Below are positions 40,601 through 54,873 of a stretch of 64,000 nt of DNA, in pieces. The stretch lies in assembly GCF_009914755.1 (NCBI RefSeq), contig NC_060929.1, one strand, 5' to 3'. The position numbers and the translations under genes were made by a program. The notes under the pieces are model-generated. The model ran no database searches. It saw only the letters and a list, made by a program, of their open reading frames with translations, and was not told the origin of the DNA. The DNA comes from the human T2T-CHM13v2.0 reference genome, Homo sapiens. How positions within the stretch are numbered: position 1 is the stretch's first letter; each line of letters begins with the position of its first letter.

Positions 40601-43600
40601 ACCTGTGTGATCACTTCAGAGATATGTCAAAATGCCCCTGTAGGCAGAGCCTAGACAAGAGTCTCATCACCTGGGTGATCAGTGCAGAGTTATGTCACAA
40701 TGCCTCCTTTTGGCAGAGCCTAGACAAAGGTTACATCACCTGGGTGATCAGGGCAGAGATATGTCACAATGGCACCTGTAAGCAGATCCCAGACACTAGT
40801 TGCATTACCTCGGTGATAAGTGCAGAGATATGTCTCAAAACACCCTGTCGGCGAAACCTATACAAGAGTTACATAATATCGGTGATCGGTGCAGTGATAT
40901 GTTAACATGCCCCTGTAGGCAGAGGCTAGACAAGAGTTACATCACCTGGGTGACCAGTGCAGAGATACCTCACAATAACCCTGTAAGCAGAGCCAAGACA
41001 AGAGTTACATCACCTGTGAGATAAGTGCAGAGATATGTCATAAATCTCACAGAAGGCAAAGCCTAGACAAGTTTTACATCACCTCAGCGCGCAGTGCAGG
41101 GATATTTCCCAATGTCCCTCTAGGCAGAGCTTAGACAAGAGTCACATGTCCTGGGTGATCAGTGCAGAGATAAGTAAAAATGCCTCCATAGGCTGAGCCT
41201 AGACAAGAGTTACATAACCCAGGTGACCCGTGCAGAGTGATGTCACAACGCCCTCTGTAGGTACAGACTAGAAAATTGTTACATCACCTGGGTGATCAGT
41301 GCAGAGATATGTCACAATGCCCCCTGTAGGCAGAGCATACAGAAGACTTGCATCACCTGGGTAATCAGTGCAGAGATATGTCACCATTTCCCCTGTAGTC
41401 AGAGCATAGAGATGCGTTGCATCACCTGGGTGATCAGTGCAGAGATATGTCACAATGTCCCCTGTAGGCAAAGCCTAGGCAAGGGTTACTTCGCGTTTGT
41501 CATCAGTTCGGGGATATGTGAAAACGCCCCTGGAGGCAGGGCCTAGACAACAGTTATATCCCCTAATGATCAGTGCAGAGATATTTCACAATACTCCTGT
41601 AGGAAGATCCTAGACAAGAGTTGAATCACCTGGGTGATCAGTGCAGAGATATGTCACAAAGCCCCTGTAGGCAGAACTTAGATGAGTTACATCACTTGGG
41701 TGATCAGTGCAAAGCTATGTCACAAAGCCCCCTGTATGCAAAGCCTAGACAATATTTACATCAGTTACTTGGGTGATCAGTGGCGAGATCTCTCACAATT
41801 ACCCTGTAGGCAGAGCTTCTACAACAGTTACATCACCAGAGTGATCAGTGCAGAGGTATGTCACAATGCCCCCATAGGCAGATCCAAGACAAGAGTCCGT
41901 CACCTGGGTGATCAGTGCAGAGATATGTGAGAATTCCCGGGTAGGCAGAGCCTAGACAAGTGTTACATAACCTAGGTTATCAGTGCCACTATAAATCATA
42001 AAGAATCCTCTAGGCAGAGCATAGACAAGAGTACCCTCCCCAGAGTGATCAGTGCAGAGATGTGTCACAAAGCCCATGTAGGCAGAGCCTAGACAAGAGT
42101 TTCATCACTTGGTTGATCAGTTCAGAGATGTGCCACAATGTCCATTTGGGCAGATCAAAGACAATGTCCATCACCAGGGTGATCAGTGAAGAGATATGTA
42201 CTAATGTCCCCTGTAGTCAGTGCCTAGACAAGAGTTGCCTCACCTCCAGAGATAAGTGCAGAGATATGTCACAAAGTCTTCTGTAGTCAAAGCCCATACA
42301 AGGCTTACATCACCTAGGTGATCAATACAGTGATATGTCACAAAAGTCCCTGTAGACAGAGCCTAGGAAAGAGTTACATCACCTGGTTGATCAGTGCAGA
42401 TATTTGACACAATGCCCCCATAGACAGAACCTAGACAAGACTTCCATCACCTGGGTGATCAGTGCAGAGATATGTCACAAATCCCCCTGTAGGCAGAGTA
42501 TAGAGAAGAGTCCCATCACCTGGGTGATCAGTGCAGTGATATTTCACAAAGCCCCTGTAGGCAGAGTGATCAAGAGTTACATAACCTAGGTGATCTGTGT
42601 AGAGTTATGTCAAAAAGCCCCTGTAGGCAGAGCCCAGATAAATGTTACATCACGTGGGAGATCAGTGCAGAGATACGACACAATAGCCCCTGTAGGTGGA
42701 GCTTAGACAAGAGTTAGATCACCTGGATGATCAGTGCAGAGATACGTCAAAATAACCCCTGTAGGTGGAGCCTAGACAAGAGTTACATCACCTGGGTGAT
42801 CAGTACAGAAATATGTCACAAAGTCCCTGTAGGCCAAGCCTAGAAAAGAATTACATCTCCTGGGTGATCAGTGCAGAAATATGTGACAAACCCCTGTCGG
42901 CCGAGCCAAGAGAAGAGTTACATCTCCTGGGTGATCAGTGCAAAGATATGTCACAAAGCCCCCTGTAGACAAATCCCAGAAAATTGGTACATCACCTGGG
43001 CGATCAGTGGAGATATCTGTCACAATCCCCTTTAGGCGCAGCTTAGACAAGCGTTCCATCAGATGAGTGATCAGTGCAGAGATATGTCACTGTGCCCCCA
43101 TAGGCAGATCCAAGACAAGAGTCCATCACCTGGCTGATCAGTGCAGAAATATGCCACAATGCCTCCAGTAGGCAGATATAGACAAGTATTACATCACCTG
43201 TGTGATCACTTCAGAGATATGTCAAAATGCCCCTGTAGGCAGAGCCTAGACAAGAGTCTCATCACCTGGGTGATCAGTGCAGAGTTATGTCACAATGCCT
43301 CCTTTTGGCAGAGCCTAGACAATGGTTACATCACCTGGGTGATCAGGGCAGAGATATGTCACAATGCCACCTGTAAGCAGATCCCAGACACTAGTTGCAT
43401 TACCTCGGTGATAAGTGCAGAGATATGTCACAATGCCACCTGTAAGCAGATCCCAGACACTAGTTGCATTACCTCGGTGATCAGTGCAGAGATATGTCTC
43501 AAAACACCCTGTCGGCGAAACCTATACAAGAGTTGCATAATATCGGTGATCGGTGCAGTGATATGTTAACATGCCCCTGTAGGCAGAGGCTAGACAAGAG

Positions 43601-46600
43601 TTACATCACCTGGGTGACCAGTGCAGAGATACCTCACAATAACCCTGTAAGCAGAGCCAAGACAAGAGTTACATCACCTGTGAGATAAGTGCAGAGATAT
43701 GTCATAAATCTCACAGAAGGCAAAGCCTAGACAAGTTTTACATCACCTCAGCGCGCAGTGCAGGGATATTTCCCAATGTCCCTCTAGGCAGAGCTTAGAC
43801 AAGAGTCACATGTCCTGGGTGATCAGTGCAGAGATAAGTAAAAATGTCTCCATAGGCTGAGCCTAGACAAGAGTTACATAACCCAGGTGACCCGTGCAGA
43901 GTGATGTCACAACGCCCTCTGTAGGTACAGACTAGAAAATTGTTACATCACCTGGGTGATCAGTGCAGAGATATGTCACAATGCCCCCTGTAGGCAGAGT
44001 ATACAGAAGAGTTGCATCACCTGGGTAATCAGTGCAGAGATATGTCACCATTTCCCCTGTAGTCAGAGCATAGAGATGCGTTGCATCACCTGGGTGATCA
44101 GTGCAGAGATATGTCACAATGTCCCCTGTTGGCAAAGCCTAGGAAAGGGTTACTCCGCGTTTGTCATCAGTTCGGGGATATGTGAAAATGCCCCTGGAGG
44201 CAGGGCCTAGACAACAGTTATATCCCCTAATGATCAGTGCAGAGATATTTCACAATACTCCTGTAGGAAGATCCTAGACAAGAGTTGAATCACCTGGGTG
44301 ATCAGTGCAGAGATATGTCACAAAGCTCCTGTAGGCAGAACTTAGATGAGTTACATCACTTGGGTGATCAGTGCAAAGCTATGTCACAAAGCCCCCTGTA
44401 TGCAAAGCCTAAACAATATTTACATCAGTTACTTGGGTGATCAGTGGCGAGATCTCTCACAATTACCCTGTAGGCAGAGCTTATACAACAGTTACATCAC
44501 CAGAGAGATCAGTGCAGAGGTATGTCACAATGCCCCCATAGGCAGATCCAAGACAAGAGTCCGTCACCTGGGTGATCAGTGCAGAGATATGTGAGAATTC
44601 CCGTGTAGGCAGAGCCTAGACAAGTGTTACATAACCTAGGTTATCAGTGCCACTATAAATCATAAAGAATCCTCTAGGCAGAGCCTAGACAAGAGTACCC
44701 TCCCCAGAGTGATCAGTGCAGAGATGTGTCACAAAGCCCATGTAGGCAGAGCCTAGACAAGAGTTTCATCACTTGGTTGATCAGTTCAGAGATGTGCCAC
44801 AATGTCCATGTGGGCAGATCTAAGACAAGTGTCCATCACCTGGGTGATCAGTGAAGAGATATGTACTAATGTCCCCTGTAGTCACTGCCTAGACAAGAGT
44901 ATCCTCACCTCAGAGATCAGTACAGAGATATGACACAAAGTCTTCTGTAGGCACAGCCCATACAAGGCTTACATCACCTAGGTGATCAATACAGTGATAT
45001 GTCACAAAAGTCCCTGTAGACAGAGCCTAGGAAAGAGTTACATCACCTGGTTGATCACTGCAGATATTTGACACAATGCCCCCATAGACAGAACCTAGAC
45101 AAGACTTCCATCACCTGGGTGATCAGTGCAGAGATATGTCACAAATCCCCCTGTAGTCACAGTATAGAGAAGAGTCCCGTCACTTGGGTGATCAGTGCAG
45201 TGATATTTCACAAAGCCCCTGTAGGCAGAGTGATCAAGAGTTACATAACATCGGTGATCTGTGTAGAGCTATGTCAAAAAGCCCCTGTAGGCAGAGCCCA
45301 GATAAATGTTACATCACGTGGGAGATCAGTGCAGAGATACCTCACAATAGCCCCTGTAGGTGGAGCCTAGACAAGAGTTAGATCACCTGGATGTTCAGTG
45401 CAGAGATACGTCACAATAACCCCTGTAGGTGGAGCCTAGACAAGAGTTACATCACCTGGGTTATCAGTACAGAAATATGTCACAAAGCCCCTGTAGGCCA
45501 AGCCTAGGAAAGAATTACATCTCCTGGGTGATCAGGACAGAAATATGTCACAAACCCCTGTAGGCCGAGCCTAGAAAAGAATTACATCTCCTGGGTGATC
45601 AGTGCAGAAATATGTCACAAACCCCTGTAGGCCGAGCCAAGACAAGAGTTACATCTCCTGGGTGATCAGTGCAAAGATATGTCACAAAGCCCCCTGTACA
45701 CAAATCCCAGAAAACTGGTACGTCACCTGGGCGATCAGTGGAGATATCTGTCACAATCCCCTTTAGGCGCGGCTTAGACAAGCGTTCCATCAGATGAGTG
45801 ATCAGTGCAGAGATATGTCACTGTGCCCCCATAGGCAGATCCAAGACAAGAGTCCATCACCTGGCTGATCAGTGCAGAAATATGCCACAATGCCACCAGT
45901 AGGCAGATATAGACAAGTATTACATCACCTGTGTGATCACTTCAGAGATATGTCAAAATGCCCCTGTAGGCAGGGCCTAGACAAGAGTCTCATCACCTGG
46001 GTGATCAGTGCAGAGTTATGTCACAATGCCTCCTTTTGGCAGAGCCTAGACAAAGGTTACATCACCTGGGTGATCAGGGCAGAGATATGACACAATGGCA
46101 CCTGTAAGCAGATCCCAGATACTGGTTGCATAACCTCTGTGATCAGTGCAGAGATATGTCTCAAAACACCCTGTCGGCGAAACCTATACAAGAGTTACAT
46201 AATATCGGTGATCGTTGCAGTGATATGTTAACATGCCCCTGTAGGCAGAGGCTAGACAAGAGTTACATCACCTGGGTGATCAGTACAGAGATACCTGGCA
46301 ATAACCCCGTAAGCAGAGCCAAGACAAGAGTTACATCACCTGCGAGATAAGTGCAGAGATATGTCATAAATCTCACAGAAGGCAAAGCCTAGACAAGTTT
46401 TACATCACCTCAGCGCGCAGTGCAGGGATATTTCCCAATGTCCCTCTAGGCAGAGCTTAGACAAGAGTCACATGTCCTGGGTGATCAGTGCAGAGAGAAG
46501 TAAGAATGCCTCCATAGGCAGAGCCTAGACAAGAGTTACATAACCCAGGTGACCCGTGCAGAGTGATGTCACAACGCCCTCTGTAGGCACAGACTAGAAA

Positions 46601-49600
46601 ATTGTTACATCACCTGGGTGATCAGTGCAGAGACATGTCACAATGCCCCCTGTAGGCAGAGAATACAGAAGACTTGCATCACCTGGGTAATCAGTGCAGA
46701 GATATGTCACCATTTCCCCTGTAGTCAGAGCATAGGGATGCGTTGCATCACCTGGGTGATCAGTGCAGAGATATGTCACAATGTCCCCTGTAGGCAAAGC
46801 CTAGGCAAGGCTTACTTCGCGTTTGTCATCAGTTCAGGGATATTTGAAAACGCCCCTGGAGGCAGGGCCTAGACAACAGTTATATCCCCTAATGATCAGT
46901 GCAGAGATATTTCACAATACTCCTGTAGGAAGATCCTAGACAAGAGTTGAATCACCTGGGTGATCAGTGCAGAGATATGTCACAAAGCTCCTGTATGCAG
47001 AACTTAGATGAGTTACATCACTTGGGTGATCAGTGCAAAGCTATGTCACAAAGCCCCCTGTATGCAAAGCCTAGACAATATTTACATCACTTACTTGGGT
47101 GATCAGTGGCGAGATCTCTCACAATTACCCTGTAGGCAGAGCTTCTACAACAGTTACATCACCAGAGAGATCAGTGCAGAGGTATGTCACAATGCCCCCA
47201 TAGGCAGATCCAAGACAAGAGTCCGTCACCTGGGTGATCAGTGCAGAGATATGTGAGAATTCCCGGGTAGGCAGAGCCTAGACAAGTGTTACATAACTTA
47301 GGATATCAGTGCCAGTATAAATCATAAGGAATCCTGTAGGCAGAGCCTAGAAAAGAGTACCCTCCCCAGAGTGATCAGTGCAGAGATGTGTCACAAAGCC
47401 CATATAGGCAGAGCCTAGACAAGAGTTTCATCACTTGGTTGATCAGTTCAGAGATGTGCCACAATGTCCATTTGGGCAGATCAAAGACAATGTCCATCAC
47501 CAGGGTGATCAGTGAAGAGATATGTACTAATGTCCCCTGTAGTCAGTGCCTAGACAAGAGTTGCCTCACCTCAGAGATCAGTGCAGAGATATGTCACAAA
47601 GTCTTCTGTAGGCAAAGCCCATACAAGGCTTACATCACCTAGGTGATCAATACAGTGATATGTCACAAAAGTCCCTGTAGACAGAGCCTAGGAAAGAGTT
47701 ACATCACCTGGTTGATCACTGCAGATATTTGACACAATGCCCCTATAGACAGAACCTAGACAAGACTTCCATCACCTGGGTGATCAGTGCAGAGATATGT
47801 CACAAATCCCTCTGTAGGCAGAGTATAGAGAACAGTCCCATCACCTGGGTGATCAGTGCAGTGATATTTCACAAAGCCCCTGTAGGCAGAGTGATCAAGA
47901 GTTACATAACATCGGTGATCTGTGTAGAGCTATGTCAAAAAGCCCCTGTAGGCAGAGCCCAGATAAATGTTACATCACGTGGGAGATCAGTGCAGAGATA
48001 CGTCACAATAGCCCCTGTAGGTGGAGCTTAGACAAGAGTTAGATCACCTGGATGATCAGTGCAGAGATACGTCAAAATAACCCCTGTACGTGGAGCCTAG
48101 ACAAGAGTTACATCAACTGGGTGATCAGTACAGAAATATGTCACAAAGCCCCTGTAGGCCAAGCCTAGAAAAGAATTACATCTCCTGGGTGATCAGTGCA
48201 GAAATATGTCACAAACCCCTGTAGGCCGAGCCAAGACAAGAGTTACATCTCCTGGGTGATCAGTGCAAAGATATGTCACAAAGCCCCCTGTAGACAAATC
48301 CCAGAAAATTGGTACATCACCTGGGCGATCAGTGGAGATATCTGTCACAATCCCCTTTAGGCGCAGCTTAGACAAGCGTTCCATCAGATGAGTGATCAGT
48401 GCAGAGATATGTCACTGTGCCCCCATAGGCAGATCCAAGACAAGAGTCCATCACCTGGCTGATCAGTGCAGAAATATGCCACAATGCCTCCAGTAGGCAG
48501 ATATAGACAAGTATTACATCACCTGTGTGATCACTTCAGAGATATGTCAAAATGCCCCTGTAGGCAGAGCCTAGACAAGAGTCTCATCACCTGGGTGATC
48601 AGTGCAGAGTTATGTCACAATGCCTCCTTTTGGCAGAGCCTAGACAAAGGTTACATCACCTGGGTGATCAGGGCAGAGATATGTCACAATGCCACCTGTA
48701 AGCAGATCCCAGACACTAGTTGCATTACCTCAGTGATCAGTGCAGAGATATGTCTCAAAACACCCTGTCGGCGAAACCTATACAAGAGTTACATAATATC
48801 GGTGATCGGTGCAGTGATATGTTAACATGCCCCTGTAGGCAGAGGCTAGACAAGAGTTACATCACCTGGGTGACCAGTGCAGAGATACCTCACAATAACC
48901 CTGTAAGCAGAGCCAAGACAAGAGTTACATCACCTGCGAGATAAGTGCAGAGATATGTCATAAATCTCACAGAAGGCAAAGCCTAGACAAGTTTTACATC
49001 ACCTCAGCGCGCAGTGCAGGGATATTTCCCAATGTCCCTCTAGGCAGAGCTTAGACAAGAGTCACATGTCCTGGGTGATCAGTGCAGAGAGAAGTAAGAA
49101 TGCCTCCATAGGCAGAGCCTAGACAAGAGTTACATAACCCAGGTGACCCGTGCAGAGTGATGTCACAACGCCCTCTGTAGGCACAGACTAGAAAATTGTT
49201 ACATCACCTGGGTGATCAGTGCAGAGACATGTCACAATGCCCCCTGTAGGCAGAGAATACAGAAGACTTGCATCACCTGGGTAATCAGTGCAGAGATATG
49301 TCACCATTTCCCCTGTAGTCAGAGCATAGGGATGCGTTGCATCACCTGGGTGATCAGTGCAGAGATATGTCACAATGTCCCCTGTAGGCAAAGCCTAGGC
49401 AAGGCTTACTTCGCGTTTGTCATCAGTTCAGGGATATTTGAAAACGCCCCTGGAGGCAGGGCCTAGACAACAGTTATATCCCCTAATGATCAGTGCAGAG
49501 ATATTTCACAATACTCCTGTAGGAAGATCCTAGACAAGAGTTGAATCACCTGGGTGATCAGTGCAGAGATATGTCACAAAGCTCCTGTATGCAGAACTTA

Positions 49601-52600
49601 GATGAGTTACATCACTTGGGTGATCAGTGCAAAGCTATGTCACAAAGCCTCCTGTATGCAAAGCCTAGACAATATTTACATCACTTACTTGGGTGATCAG
49701 TGGCGAGATCTCTCACAATTACCCTGTAGGCAGAGCTTCTACAACAGTTACATCACCAGAGAGATCAGTGCAGAGGTATGTCACAATGCCCCCATAGGCA
49801 GATCCAAGACAAGAGTCCGTCACCTGGGTGATCAGTGCAGAGATATGTGAGAATTCCCGGGTAGGCAGAGCCTAGACAAGTGTTACATAACTTAGGATAT
49901 CAGTGCCAGTATAAATCATAAGGAATCCTGTAGGCAGAGCCTAGAAAAGAGTACCCTCCCCAGAGTGATCAGTGCAGAGATGTGTCACAAAGCCCATATA
50001 GGCAGAGCCTAGACAAGAGTTTCATCACTTGGTTGATCAGTTCAGAGATGTGCCACAATGTCCATTTGGGCAGATCAAAGACAATGTCCATCACCAGGGT
50101 GATCAGTGAAGAGATATGTACTAATGTCCCCTGTAGTCAGTGCCTAGACAAGAGTTGCCTCACCTCAGAGATCAGTGCAGAGATATGTCACAAAGTCTTC
50201 TGTAGGCAAAGCCCATACAAGGCTTACATCACCTAGGTGATCAATACAGTGATATGTCACAAAAGTCCCTGTAGACAGAGCCTAGGAAAGAGTTACATCA
50301 CCTGGTTGGTCACTGCAGATATTTGACCCAATGACCCCAAAGACAGAACCTAGACAAGACTTCCATCACCTGGGTGATCAGTGCAGTGATATGTCACAAA
50401 TCCCTCTGTAGGCAGAGTATAGAGAACAGTCCCATCACCTGGGTGATCAGTGCAGTGATATTTCACAAAGCCCCTGTAGGCAGAGTGATCAAGAGTTACA
50501 TAACATCGGTGATCTGTGTAGAGCTATGTCAAAAAGCCCCTGTAGGCAGAGCCCAGATAAATGTTACATCACGTGGGAGATCAGTGCAGAGATACGTCAC
50601 AATAGCCCCTGTAGGTGGAGCTTAGACAAGAGTTAGATCACCTGGATGATCAGTGCAGAGATACGTCAAAATAACCCCTGTACGTGGAGCCTAGACAAGA
50701 GTTACATCAACTGGGTGATCAGTACAGAAATATGTCACAAAGCCCCTGTAGGCCAAGCCTAGAAAAGAATTACATCTCCTGGGTGATCAGTGCAGAAATA
50801 TGTCACAAACCCCTGTAGGCCGAGCCAAGACAAGAGTTACATCTCCTGGGTGATCAGTGCAAAGATATGTCACAAAGCCCCCTGTAGACAAATCCCAGAA
50901 AATTGGTACATCACCTGGGCGATCAGTGGAGATATCTGTCACAATCCCCTTTAGGCGCAGCTTAGACAAGCGTTCCATCAGATGAGTGATCAGTGCAGAG
51001 ATATGTCACTGTGCCCCCATAGGCAGATCCAAGACAAGAGTCCATCACCTGGCTGATCAGTGCAGAAATATGCCACAATGCCTCCAGTAGGCAGATATAG
51101 ACAAGTATTACATCACCTGTGTGATCACTTCAGAGATATGTCAAAATGCCCCTGTAGGCAGAGCCTAGACAAGAGTCTCATCACCTGGGTGATCAGTGCA
51201 GAGTTATGTCACAATGCCTCCTTTTGGCAGAGCCTAGACAAAGGTTACATCACCTGGGTGATCAGGGCAGAGATATGTCACAATGCCACCTGTAAGCAGA
51301 TCCCAGACACTAGTTGCATTACCTCAGTGATCAGTGCAGAGATATGTCTCAAAACACCCTGTCGGCGAAACCTATACAAGAGTTACATAATATCGGTGAT
51401 CAGTGCAGTGATATGTTAACATGCCCCTGTAGGCAGAGGCTAGACAAGAGTTACATCACCTGGGTGACCAGTGCAGAGATACCTCACAATAACCCTGTAA
51501 GCAGAGCCAAGACAAGAGTTACATCACCTGTGAGATAAGTGCAGAGATATGTCATAAATCTCACAGAAGGCAAAGCCTAGACAAGTTTTACATCACCTCA
51601 GCGCGCAGTGCAGGGATATTTCCCAATGTCCCTCTAGGCAGAGCTTAGACAAGAGTCACATGTCCTGGGTGATCAGTGCAGAGATAAGTAAAAATGCCTC
51701 CATAGGCTGAGCCTAGACAAGAGTTACATAACCCAGGTGACCCGTGCAGAGTGATGTCACAACGCCCTCTGTAGGCACAGACTAGAAAATTGTTACATCA
51801 CCTGGGTGATCAGTGCAGAGATATGTCACAATGCCCCCTGTAGGCAGAGCATACAGAAGAGTTGCATCACCTGGGTAATCAGTGCAGAGATATGTCACCA
51901 TTTCCCCTGTAGTCAGAGCATAGAGATGCGTTGCATCACCTGGGTGATCAGTGCAGAGATATGTCACAATGTCCCCTGTTGGCAAAGCCTAGGAAAGGGT
52001 TACTCCGCATTTGTCATCAGTTCGGGGATATGTGAAAACGCCCCTGGAGGCAGGGCCTAGACAACAGTTATATCCCCTAATGATCAGTGCAGAGATATTT
52101 CACAATACTCCTGTAGGAAGATCCTAGACAAGAGTTGAATCACCTGGGTGATCAGTGCAGAGATATGTCACAAAGCTCCTGTAGGCAGAACTTAGATGAG
52201 TTACATCACTTGGGTAATCAGTGCAAAGCTATGTCACAAAGCCCCCTGTATGCAAAGCCTAGACAATATTTACATCAGTTACTTGGGTGATCAGTGGCGA
52301 GATCTCTCACAATTACCCTGTAGGCAGAGCTTATACAACAGTTACATCACCAGAGAGATCAGTGCAGAGGTATGTCACAATGTCCCCATAGGCAGATCCA
52401 AGACAAGAGTCCGTCACCTGGGTGATCAGTGCAGAGATATGTGAGAATTCCCGTGAAGGCAGAGCCTAGACAAGTGTTACATAACCTAGGTTATCAGTGC
52501 CACTATAAATCATAAAGAATCCTCTAGGCAGAGCCTAGACAAGAGTACCCTCCCCAGAGTGATCAGTGCAGAGATGTGTCACAAAGCCCATGTAGGCAGA

Positions 52601-54873
52601 GCCTAGACAAGAGTTTCATCACTTGGTTGATCAGTTCAGAGATGTGCCACAATGTCCATGTGGGCAGATCTAAGACAATTGTCCATCACCTGGGTGATCA
52701 GTGAAGAGATATGTACTAATGTCCCCTGTAGTCAGTGCCTAGACAAGAGTTTCCTCACCTCAGAGACCAGTGCAGAGATATGTCACAAAGTCTTCTGTAG
52801 GCAAAGCCCATACAAGGCTTACATCACCTAGGTGATCAATACAGTGATATGTCACAAAAGTCCCTGTAGACAGAGCCTAGGAAAGAGTTACATCACCTGG
52901 TTGGTCACTGCAGATATTTGACCCAATGACCCCAAAGACAGAACCTAGACAAGACTTCCATCACCTGGGTGATCAGTGCAGAGATATGTCACAAATCCCC
53001 CTGTAGGCAGAGTATAGAGAAGAGTCCCATCACCTGGGTGATCAGTGCAGTGATATTTCACAAAGCCCCTGTAGGCAGAGTGATCAAGAGTTACATAACA
53101 TCGGTGATCTGTTTAGAGCTATGTCAAAAAGCCCCTGTAGGCAGAGCCCAGATAAATGTTACATCACGTGGGAGATCAGTGCAGAGATACGTCACAATAG
53201 CCCCTGTAGGTGGAGCCTAGACAAGAGTTAGATCACCTGGATGATCAGTGCAGAGATACGTCACAATAACCCCTGTAGGTGGAGCCTAGACAAGAGTTAC
53301 ATCACCTGGGTGATCAGTACAGAAATATGTCAGAAAGCCCCTGTAGGCCAAGCCTAGAAAAGAATTACATCTCCTGGGTGATCAGTGCAGAAATATGTGA
53401 CAAACCCCTGTCGGCCGAGCCAAGACAAGAGTTACATCTCCTGGGTGATCAGTGCAAAGATATGTCACAAAGCCCCCTGTAGACAAATCCCAGAAAATTG
53501 GTACATCACCTGGGCGATCAGTGGAGATATCTGTCACAATCCCCTTTAGGCGCAGCTTAGACAAGCGTTACATCAGATGAGTGATCAGTGCAGAGATATG
53601 TCACTGTGCCCCCACAGGCAGATCCAAGACAAGAGTCCATCACCTGGCCGATCAGTGCAGAAATATGCCTCAAGGCCGCCAGTAGGCAGATATAGACAAG
53701 TATTACATCACCTGTGTGATCACTTCAGAGATATGTCAAAATGCCCCTGTAGGCAGAGCCTAGACAAGAGTCTCATCACCTGGGTGATCAGTGCAGAGTT
53801 ATGTCACAATGCCTCCTTTTGGCAGAGCCTAGACAATGGTTACATCACCTGGGTGATCAGGGCAGAGATATGTCACAATGGCACCTGTAAGCAGATCCCA
53901 GACACTAGTTGCATTACCTCGGTGATCAGTGCAGAGATATGTCTCAAAACACCCTGTCGGCAAAACCTATACAAGAGTTACATAATATTGGTGATCGGTG
54001 CAGTGATATGTTAACATGCCCCTGTAGGCAGAGGCTAGACAAGATTTACATCACCTGGGTGATCAGTGCAGAGATACCTCACAATAACCCTGTAAGCAGA
54101 GCCAAGAGAAGTGTTACATCACCTGCGAGATAAGTGCAGAGATATGTCATAAATCTCACAGAAGGCAAAGCCTAGACAAGTTTTACAACACCTCAGCGCG
54201 CAGTGCAGGTATATTTCCCAATGTCCATCTAGGCAGAGCTTAGACAAGAGTCACATGTCCTGGGTGATCAGTGCAGAGATAAGTAAAAATGCCTTCATAG
54301 GCAGAGCCTAGACAAGAGTTACATAACCCAGGTGACCCGTGCAGAGTGATGTCACAACGCCCTCTGTAGGCACAGACTAGAAAATTGTTACATCACCTGG
54401 GTGATCAGTGCAGAGATATGTCACAATGCCCCCTGTAGGCAGAGCATACAGAAGAGTTGCATCACCTGGGTAATCAGTGCAGAGATATGTCACCATTTCC
54501 CCTGTAGTCAGAGCATAGAGATGCGTTGCATCACCTGGGTGATCCGTGCAGAGATATGTCACAATGTCCCCTGTAGGCAAGGCCTAGGCAAGGGTTACTT
54601 CACGTTTGTCATCAGTTCAGGGATATGTGAAAACGCCCCTGGAGGCAGGGCCTAGACAACAGTTATATCCCCTAATGGTCAGTGCAGAGATATTTCACAA
54701 TACTTCTGTAGGAAGATCCTAGACAAGAGTTGAATCACCTGGGTGATCAGTGCAGAGATATGTCACAAAGCTCCTGTAGGCAGAACTGAGATGAGTTACA
54801 TCACTTGGGTGATCAGTGCAAAGCTATGTCACAAAGTCCCCTGTATGCAAAGCCTAGACAATATTTACATCAC
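37578..54873 (+). repeat. Beta-satellite array 2
   Basis: About 250 tandem 68-69 bp monomers in the same orientation as array 1. Confidence 0.97.
38150..54873 (+). repeat. Beta-satellite higher-order repeat, ~2594 bp (38 monomers), ~6.4 copies
   Basis: An equivalent position recurs at 38675, 41268, 43932, 46594, 49188, 51782 and 54377 (spacings 2593, 2664, 2662, 2594, 2594, 2595). The left boundary is approximate. Confidence 0.93.
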
